Translations under genes and position numbers: made by a program | Shown: positions 57,305 to 64,000 of the stretch, one piece after another | Layout of the letters: every line of letters begins with the position of its first letter | Position numbering within the stretch: the stretch's first letter is position 1 | Notes under the pieces: model-generated | Told to the model about the DNA's origin: nothing | The model's database searches: none | The model's input: the letters and a program-made list of their open reading frames with translations, nothing else | Source: an uncultured Chlamydiae bacterium | Lineage (GTDB): Bacteria > Chlamydiota > Chlamydiia > Chlamydiales > JAJFMA01 | Assembly (NCBI GenBank): GCA_963713615.1 | Contig: CAVQMM010000001.1 | Location: forward strand, 2,784,001 to 2,848,000 | DNA length: 64,000 nt | Reading direction: 5' to 3'

Positions 57305-58168
57305 CTATGCATGTTTGTGCTCCAAAACATCAGCTAAGGCCAATAGCGCCGCTGAGTCTATTCCTAAAGCCCTAAGACAGCTTCGATAGCCATCCAATTC
57401 CTCTTGAAATTGACCATGTGCAGCCTCAACACCCATAGCGAGTGCCAAATTAACCCGGCACTCGTTGGCTATGTCCTGCTCTTTATCATCAAAGTCATCG
57501 GCAATCTGAAAGGCCATCCCATAATGCTTTGCTGCTGCTTTTACCCCAGTCAATTGCTCTGGATCCCCACCGCCATAGACCCACCCCAAAACAAACGCGA
57601 TCTCGAAAAGAGAAACCGTCTTTTTGCAAATCACCTCTTGCAAAGCTTCGGCTGTTATCTCCTTTGGAAAGAGGTCCAAGTATTGTCCACCAGAAGCTCC
57701 CTGGATCCCGGTATTCCAGGCCACGTTTTCAATAGCCATTAAACGCGCTTTGGCGTCGATAGAAGCATCCGCCTGGGTTAGGCAATGGTATCCTTCAGCA
57801 ATCAAAGCATAAGTCACCAGCAGGGCCACAGCTTCGCCATAGACCTTATGAACCGATGACTGTCCGCGACGTTCATTGTCATCGTCCATGCATGGCAAAT
57901 CGTCAGCAACTAGTGACGCCGTGTGAAAATATTCTATCGCTAAAGCTGCCGAAGAAACGTCGCAACCAAACCCAAGAGCTTCAGCGACTAGAAAGACCAA
58001 TGCCGGACGAAAGCGTTTGCCTCCACGGAGTGAGTAAGCACAAGCCTCAGTTAACGCCCCCTTGTCGCCCCGCTCCGCTAATGATGCTTCTATCCTGCCA
58101 TCGATGATTTCTTGGTAACGAGCGAGAAGGCTCAAATAGCTGTACTGTGGTGTCGTTGTCATGGCCAA
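57305..58168 (-). CDS. ispA: Polyprenyl (farnesyl/geranylgeranyl) diphosphate synthase
   Basis: GGKRFRP, DDLPCMDDD..RRG, GGQYLD, KKT and FQIADD. Confidence 0.92.
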   Translation of the reverse strand: MAMTTTPQYSYLSLLARYQEIIDGRIEASLAERGDKGALTEACAYSLRGGKRFRPALVFLVAEALGFGCDVSSAALAIEYFHTASLVADDLPCMDDDNERRGQSSVHKVYGEAVALLVTYALIAEGYHCLTQADASIDAKARLMAIENVAWNTGIQGASGGQYLDLFPKEITAEALQEVICKKTVSLFEIAFVLGWVYGGGDPEQLTGVKAAAKHYGMAFQIADDFDDKEQDIANECRVNLALAMGVEAAHGQFQEELDGYRSCLRALGIDSAALLALADVLEHKHA

Positions 58169-58173
58169 TTTCC

Positions 58174-58887
58174 CTACCGTTTTTTTATTAAAAAGGCATC
58201 TACACCATCGTAAGGCTCTATTGCAAGTGTGTACGGATTCATGATGCGATGCTTAGACGCCACCACTCCACTAACTCCGACGCAAGGGACGCAACAAACC
58301 TCACGGCCCAACAAGGTCCCGGGATTCAAGACGGTGTTGCATCCAATCTGGCAGCAATCCCCGATCACAGCGCCAAATTTCTTGAGCCCGGTCGGTATTC
58401 GCTGCTGTTCATGGCGTACGATAACCTGCTGCCTATCGAGACGCACGTTTGCACACTTTACGCCAGCACCAAGGTTCACATCGTTACCCAAAATGGAATC
58501 TCCAACATAGGCAAAATGGGCCGCATGAGCCCCATCGAGAAAAACCGCATGCTTGACCTCCGTCGTGTGACCAATCACACAGGCTCGTCCAGCAATGAAA
58601 TTACCGCGAATATATGCCCCCTGACGTATCTCACAGTTCTCTCCGATGATGCAAGGACCATGAATGTAACTGCCAGGTTCTATGCGGCAGCCCTTGCCGA
58701 TGGAAACCGTTTCTGGTTCGACAATTGTGACGCCTTCTGGAATTTCAGCCTCTATGCAACCGAGAGATTGTTGCTTTAAATAGTCCTTAAGGCGTAAAAG
58801 GGCTTCCCAAACGTGCTCACAATCGCTAAAAAGCGCTGCATGAGCAAAGGTCTCTAGATCGAAAAAGGTTGAGGGAGAAAAGTTCAT
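58174..58887 (-). CDS. glmU: GlmU-like hexapeptide acetyltransferase (C-terminal domain only)
   Basis: AHFAYVGDSILG, NLGAG and KFGAVIGD. Start at MNFSPS after GGTGG. Confidence 0.75.
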   Translation of the reverse strand: MNFSPSTFFDLETFAHAALFSDCEHVWEALLRLKDYLKQQSLGCIEAEIPEGVTIVEPETVSIGKGCRIEPGSYIHGPCIIGENCEIRQGAYIRGNFIAGRACVIGHTTEVKHAVFLDGAHAAHFAYVGDSILGNDVNLGAGVKCANVRLDRQQVIVRHEQQRIPTGLKKFGAVIGDCCQIGCNTVLNPGTLLGREVCCVPCVGVSGVVASKHRIMNPYTLAIEPYDGVDAFLIKKR

Positions 58888-59280
58888 TGAATCACCACCT
58901 GCTTTTGCTTTTGGCAAGGTTGTACCGCGCCCACACAAATGTTTCAACACCTTTCTTCCTAAGAGATTATCTTCTTATAGATAGTATTCTTCGTACTCTT
59001 AGGCGGTGGAAATGTTCGCAGTCTAGGCGTCTATGCTAGAGATTTCCAATGTCTATAGCCTGTTGACTGACGCATCATAAGTCGAGAGTTATCAACAGAA
59101 GGTTGCCATTTGGATTTTTTGCGAACCGATATCGACAATCTGCTGACAGTGATCAATCGGACCAGTGAACACTCAACCAAAGCTTGAATTGTGTACCACC
59201 TCGGCAGATAAAGCCTCTTGCTCTTTATTTTCATTTTTGTTATAATTTTTTTAAATAATTGTGATTAAGTTAACTAACGG

Positions 59281-60693
59281 ATGGTTTTATATATGAAAAA
59301 GTTTTACATTCATTTTGTTGCTCTTTTTGTTGGTCTTTTCCTCCCAGCCCTCGTTTTGGCTGCTCCGCTACAAGCAGGGGTAAAATCCGGTTTTCCGCTG
59401 TCGCAAAAGGATTTTCTTTTAAAAAACTATCATGAAATCGCAATTTCAACTGACCTAGAACCAGATGATGTGTTTGCTTTAGCTATCCTCTTTGAAGAGG
59501 CAAACCATATCTACCAAGAGTCTTTCGGCGAAAAATATCCAATAGATCTGATTATTGTAGGAGAGGGCAACACGACAATCAAGCGGATGAGATTGGAAAA
59601 ATTGCTCCAAGAACATTTCAATATTCCCCCCGGTGTAAGCATCGAGATCGTGGAAAGCAGAGCCACCGCAGACAATATTTTTACTTATGATGGTCTGGAA
59701 CTTTTCAAAAAAGAAGAGTTAGAAGGCATCCCTTTCCCTGATGATGATAACAATCAAGCCGTAGAGGCTCTTCAGGCGTGGATGGACCGAGCGGAAAAAC
59801 CGCTAATCATTCAGCTTCAGCCAGCCTATGAGCTTGTTCATCTTGATGCTGATCTCGCAAGCAAGACCTCTGTTCTATTTTACGGAAGCTTCAACCTTCG
59901 CAAAACCGCTCTGGATAGAGAGCTTCAAAACCACCCTGAACTTCCTTTTGGAGCCTTTCCCACGATCTCGGCTAAACTCGAGGCTTTAATGTCTCATTTT
60001 TCAAAGCGATTTTCCAAAATCGCTATTTTGGAGTCTTTTGGGGTCCTTGGAGAACAATCTAACGTATCTCAGGATTTTGAGTGGACACATCAGATTGGAC
60101 AAATGATTGTGATGACAGAGAATAAATTTCTTAAAACCTTCGCAAATCTAACATATAACTGGAATATCTACATGTTTAGTGAGGAGCTGATGGAATGCGA
60201 AAAAATCACGCTCAAATTGATCCAGGAAGAGACTGTTATCCAGGAAGAATCAGGTCTTAGAGCTCTTTTTGTAGACCTTCATGCTGATTTCGTTAAGGTT
60301 CGGAATGCGTTGTCCCAGGATCTTTTTCAATCGATGCATCGGCACGTCTTAGAGCACACATCTGAAATTGAGGCTAAGCTGAGTGAAGATTTGTTACCGC
60401 ATTGGAAAACACTCATTCGCAACCTCGATTTTGCTAAGAAGGTGAGTAGTGGACTCACCAGGAACGGCATTTCAGGAGTTCAGTTTACTCTTGCTGACGT
60501 CTTGGTAGCATTAGCAACAACCGATCATGCGGATCTTTTCCAGGCTGTGCCGATTAGGACTTCTTATAATGCTAGTGGATTTCTCGTGCCAACCATGGAT
60601 TTAGAATCCAATATCGTCCACTATCAACGAGTTGGTCAGAAAGAGGCAGCGTATGCGATCGAACGGTTTCTAAGCGGTAAAACTTATTATTGA
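59281..60693 (+). CDS. Exported hypothetical protein, nucleoside-hydrolase-like N-terminal motif
   Basis: Signal peptide MKKFYIHF..LA; STDLEPDDVFAL; late ADVLVA. Confidence 0.6.
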   Translation: MVLYMKKFYIHFVALFVGLFLPALVLAAPLQAGVKSGFPLSQKDFLLKNYHEIAISTDLEPDDVFALAILFEEANHIYQESFGEKYPIDLIIVGEGNTTIKRMRLEKLLQEHFNIPPGVSIEIVESRATADNIFTYDGLELFKKEELEGIPFPDDDNNQAVEALQAWMDRAEKPLIIQLQPAYELVHLDADLASKTSVLFYGSFNLRKTALDRELQNHPELPFGAFPTISAKLEALMSHFSKRFSKIAILESFGVLGEQSNVSQDFEWTHQIGQMIVMTENKFLKTFANLTYNWNIYMFSEELMECEKITLKLIQEETVIQEESGLRALFVDLHADFVKVRNALSQDLFQSMHRHVLEHTSEIEAKLSEDLLPHWKTLIRNLDFAKKVSSGLTRNGISGVQFTLADVLVALATTDHADLFQAVPIRTSYNASGFLVPTMDLESNIVHYQRVGQKEAAYAIERFLSGKTYY

Positions 60694-60713
60694 GATCGTG
60701 TCGGTGTGTACGG

Positions 60714-60744
60714 GAGCCTGTCATCTATAAAGATCGACAGGCTC
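60714..60744 (+). terminator. Hairpin downstream of the 470-aa gene
   Basis: GAGCCTGTC / GACAGGCTC stem. Confidence 0.45.
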
Positions 60745-60777
60745 TCATCTTCAGCTTATTATGGTGCACTTTAATCA

Positions 60778-61953
60778 GTGCAAATCAGCGGTACCATGAT
60801 TGCCAACAAAAGCTATATTGGATGCAGCCATTTCAAATTCTGCTCTGGATGTCTCTTAAATGAATCTGTAGATGCTCCGCCCATTTTACATGAGGTGGGC
60901 GAATTCTTTGATTTTCATGGCTTTAGTGGGCTTAAAGTCGTCGCGGGTTTAGCGCGTGGCTGGCGATGTCGTGCTAAGTTGGCCGTTCGAGGAACCATCA
61001 AAAGGCCATTGGTTGGCTTATTCGAAGAAAACAGCCACAAGGTCTTAAATATACCAAGCTGTCAGGTGCATCATCCTAGCATTAACAGAGCGGCTGATTT
61101 AATACGTTCATGGGTGCGGCAGGAACGCATAGAACCCTATGTAGAGGCTTCTGGAAGTGGCGAATTACGCTATATTCAGTTGGTCGCCCAGCGCACAACC
61201 GGTCGTATTCAACTGGCGCTTGTTGTTAATACCGCGACTCTTGACGTCTCGATAAAGGAGTTGTGGGGTGAACGTTTACAGCGGTTGATGGACACGGCGC
61301 CAGACCTGTGGCATTCGCTATGGATTAACACCAACACCAGACGAGACAACGTAATCTTTGGGGAAACTTGGTGGAGACAGCAAGGGGAAGAGTGGTTGTG
61401 GGAAACACTTGGTTCAGTGAATATAGCTTTTGCTCCGGCAACGTTTGGTCAGGCTAACCCGACCCTCTTTGAGGAGCTCCTACAAGAGCTTCGTTGTTTA
61501 GTGCCTATTAACGCGCACATAGCTGAGTTTTACGCTGGTGTAGGGGTGATAGGTATGAACGTAGTGGACAAAGCCCAAAGCGCGCTCTGTTGCGAAATAA
61601 ACAGGCATGGCGAAGCTTGTTTTAAAGCGGCATTAGATCGGCTTCCCGCTCACTTAGCCAAAAAAATAGCTTTTCATTATGGCCAGGCTGGGGAGTTTAC
61701 CGATTGGGTGGATAAGGCTGATGTTATCATTGTGGATCCGCCTCGGAAGGGGTTGGATGAACCTTTGCTTAAAGCGCTTACAGCACCGCATCTAAAGGCC
61801 AAAAGGCTCATTTATGTAAGTTGCGGTTGGAAGTCTTTCCAGCGTCATGCTGAAACGCTATTAACCTCTGGATGGCGGCTTAGCAGCGCAACAGCCTACA
61901 TCCTATTCCCCGGAACGAACCAAGTTGAGCTGTTGGTTGCATTTGACCTGTAA
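60778..61953 (+). CDS. RNA (uracil-5)-methyltransferase, TrmA/RlmD family
   Basis: CSHFKFCSGC, FGQAN, EFYAGVG, VDPPRKG and IYVSC. Confidence 0.88.
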   Translation: MQISGTMIANKSYIGCSHFKFCSGCLLNESVDAPPILHEVGEFFDFHGFSGLKVVAGLARGWRCRAKLAVRGTIKRPLVGLFEENSHKVLNIPSCQVHHPSINRAADLIRSWVRQERIEPYVEASGSGELRYIQLVAQRTTGRIQLALVVNTATLDVSIKELWGERLQRLMDTAPDLWHSLWINTNTRRDNVIFGETWWRQQGEEWLWETLGSVNIAFAPATFGQANPTLFEELLQELRCLVPINAHIAEFYAGVGVIGMNVVDKAQSALCCEINRHGEACFKAALDRLPAHLAKKIAFHYGQAGEFTDWVDKADVIIVDPPRKGLDEPLLKALTAPHLKAKRLIYVSCGWKSFQRHAETLLTSGWRLSSATAYILFPGTNQVELLVAFDL

Positions 61954-63636
61954 TGGCAGAAGAGTCGTGCCTACGGAGTAATGGTCCGAAGGTGTATTAA
62001 TATTTGGTAGTGCAATTGTAAGATCTGGTTTTGTTTGTTTAAACCCAACCGTTGGATTTGTCATTTGATAAAGACCTCCAGTTTCAGGTTTTAATATAAT
62101 CAGGTAGTCCTCTTCATCGACAGCAAATCTTCCAGCCTTTGAATGTTGAACGGTTACCATACGTCTTTTGATGGTGGTAGGGCCAACGCGTGTGGCAATA
62201 AGCCCGAGCGATTGCAATTGATTACGTAAAAGCTCTACGTCTTCATCTGATTTGGTATTTGCATCTATCCCAATCACGAGTTGAAGATCTTTATTTTCAG
62301 GTCTCTCGGTGAGTTGATGAAATTTTTCTACCACCTTAGTGATTTGTAGGCGTCCGTCGTCTGATTGGGTTGAATTTCCATGACCTGATGCTAAGAGGAA
62401 TTTCTCTCCTGTATCCTTTTTTGTCGCTAAAATAACGTTTAAACGTCCCCGCTCATATTCTTCGTAATCGTCAACGGCTATAACTTGATAGGTGGGCTCC
62501 CAAGCATCTCCTCGTAGGAGAACTAACGTGCCATCTGCAGCATTTTGAAGGCCCACGGAATGAAAGAGCCCATCTCCTGTGAGTAGTTGAGGGACTATGG
62601 TGTCACTTTCTTGGATAAAGACGATGCTAGCATCGGAAGCTATGAGATTGTCTCTAAACATCCTAGCTCTTTCGGTAGGATTTCCTAAGGTGTTTGTAAA
62701 TATTTTCTTCACCTTATTGATTTGAGAAATCATTGCGTCGTTTTGACAGGTCAAGTGAAGATTCATAGATTGATAAAGCCAATAAAGGAATACCTGACCT
62801 GCTGGAGTGGTAAAAACAGCTAAATCAGTATTGTCCGCATTTTCCCCTAAATACTTCTTTAAAAAGAGAGGGTCTATTTTTTTTACGGTATGTAGCAGTT
62901 TTTCTTTTGATTTTACACAGCTGATGATGTCCTTTGTAAAGAGAGAGTGCAATAGATCGATCTTTAGCTCAACGGAGTTTTTGCCTCGCAATGATTCGGT
63001 TGAACTGAGGATAGGCAGATCAAAAACTCGCCCTTCTCTTGTCGCTTTATCACGCAGAATCTTATCCAAACTCAATAGATCTTTTGGATTATGTCGAAGG
63101 AAGGAAAAGATTTTTTGATCACGGTACCGTTGCAAGAAATTGAGAAGGTCGGTGAGATCAACTTTAGAAAAACCATCAATTTCAAGTTCTTGCTGCTTTT
63201 TTGTAAGCTGTTTGATTAGCTCGGGAGGAATGAGTTCATGTAAAGTAGGGCCATGCTGGAAATCTTTTTGAACAGCCTTCGCGATCGACTGTTGACGGTA
63301 TTGTTCAATCTCTTCGGTAGATGGGTTGTCTTTTTTCATCTGACAAATGATTTGTAAATCAGGTGTGTTGCTTGCTAAGGCTTCTCTGGAAACGACTTGT
63401 TCAAAAACATATTCGCGAATAGGATTGACCTGATCTCCATAATTCCCGTCAAATTCAAAAGGATCATTAAATGACCCTAAAATATTTGAAGTAAAAACAA
63501 CGAGGGAATTCGCTTTATGATTTGCATAATCAGCCACGCAATCCTGCGCACATAAACCCTTCGTGAACCCAATGGCACAAAGTCCTAGGCAAGTTATAGC
63601 TAGGGGCATCCAGGTGAATCGAAAACATTTAAACAT
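61903..63636 (-). CDS. Exported endonuclease/exonuclease/phosphatase (EEP) fold protein
   Basis: Signal peptide; TSNI, FIQE, SGHG, IGIDAN, DYL and PSDH motifs in EEP order. Confidence 0.75.
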   Translation of the reverse strand: MFKCFRFTWMPLAITCLGLCAIGFTKGLCAQDCVADYANHKANSLVVFTSNILGSFNDPFEFDGNYGDQVNPIREYVFEQVVSREALASNTPDLQIICQMKKDNPSTEEIEQYRQQSIAKAVQKDFQHGPTLHELIPPELIKQLTKKQQELEIDGFSKVDLTDLLNFLQRYRDQKIFSFLRHNPKDLLSLDKILRDKATREGRVFDLPILSSTESLRGKNSVELKIDLLHSLFTKDIISCVKSKEKLLHTVKKIDPLFLKKYLGENADNTDLAVFTTPAGQVFLYWLYQSMNLHLTCQNDAMISQINKVKKIFTNTLGNPTERARMFRDNLIASDASIVFIQESDTIVPQLLTGDGLFHSVGLQNAADGTLVLLRGDAWEPTYQVIAVDDYEEYERGRLNVILATKKDTGEKFLLASGHGNSTQSDDGRLQITKVVEKFHQLTERPENKDLQLVIGIDANTKSDEDVELLRNQLQSLGLIATRVGPTTIKRRMVTVQHSKAGRFAVDEEDYLIILKPETGGLYQMTNPTVGFKQTKPDLTIALPNINTPSDHYSVGTTLLPLQVKCNQQLNLVRSGE

Positions 63637-63730
63637 GATAAAGTCGTCGTAAAAATTTGTTCTGTCGTGTTTAAACAGCTGGTTGTTTTATATGTTTATG
63701 TTGTTGTAATTTTACTATTTTTAAATTACT

Positions 63731-64000
63731 TTGAAAACAACAAAAAAATGGGAGAAAGAGGGGCTGTGTCACCACTATACCTACGATGGGTTTAGTCGCC
63801 TGATTCGCACCGATACCTATGACAGCCTGGGTACTCTGCAATACTCGCTTGACAAGGAATATACGGGAGCCATCTCGCGAGGGAAACTGACGCTCTGGGT
63901 TATTCCACCACCTTTGAGTACGACTTCGCTGGACGCAAAATAAGTGAACGCAAGCGGGGCGCGGGAGCATTTAGCCTATCCACCTGCGGCTATGATTCTC
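63731..64000 (+). pseudogene. Rhs/YD-repeat gene remnant with frameshift (runs off the window end)
   Basis: First frame HYTYDGFSRLIRTDTYD; after a shift near 63862-63866, GSHLARETDALGYSTTFEYDFAGRKISE. Confidence 0.7.

Noticed and set aside
1..64000. tRNA, rRNA, integrase or intact transposase genes
   Set aside because: None recognised by eye; a tRNAscan/Infernal run would be needed to exclude small RNAs.

Overview
This 64-kb window is from an environmental member of the Chlamydiota. The inference rests on two gene blocks in Chlamydia-type order (dusB-yggT-[PilM/GspL-like, membrane protein, MORN-repeat protein]-ygfA-recA, and ispA next to an acetyltransferase-only glmU) and on a chlamydial-type DUF2608 protein. 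Housekeeping genes: ispF, cysJ-like, ppdK, aspS, hisS, a heterodimeric ABC exporter, rseP, dxr, acyP, recA, ispA and an RNA uracil methyltransferase. Four accessory features stand out. (1) A ~11.6-kb minus-strand respiratory operon: NAD(P)H/flavin/Fe-S oxidoreductase, a 48-aa ccoS missing from the ORF track, Rieske protein, cytochrome b, a 1350-aa heptaheme cytochrome c, cbb3-type CcoN, an enlarged CcoO, a second CcoS-like peptide and a heme-less CcoP N-terminal stub. (2) A signal-peptide/TPR polymorphic toxin with an Ntox50-like tip, coupled to two tandem two-domain candidate immunity genes, the first split by a 1-nt frameshift. (3) A biotin operon with an in-frame BioB-BioF fusion and a BioE-like diiron protein. 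(4) Many palindromic repeats and MITEs, some nested, with readable target-site duplications (ISAs1-like and IS231-like ends). A C-terminal J-domain fragment opens the window and a frameshifted Rhs remnant closes it. No rRNA, tRNA or CRISPR array was seen. All family calls come from motifs read by eye; no searches were run.
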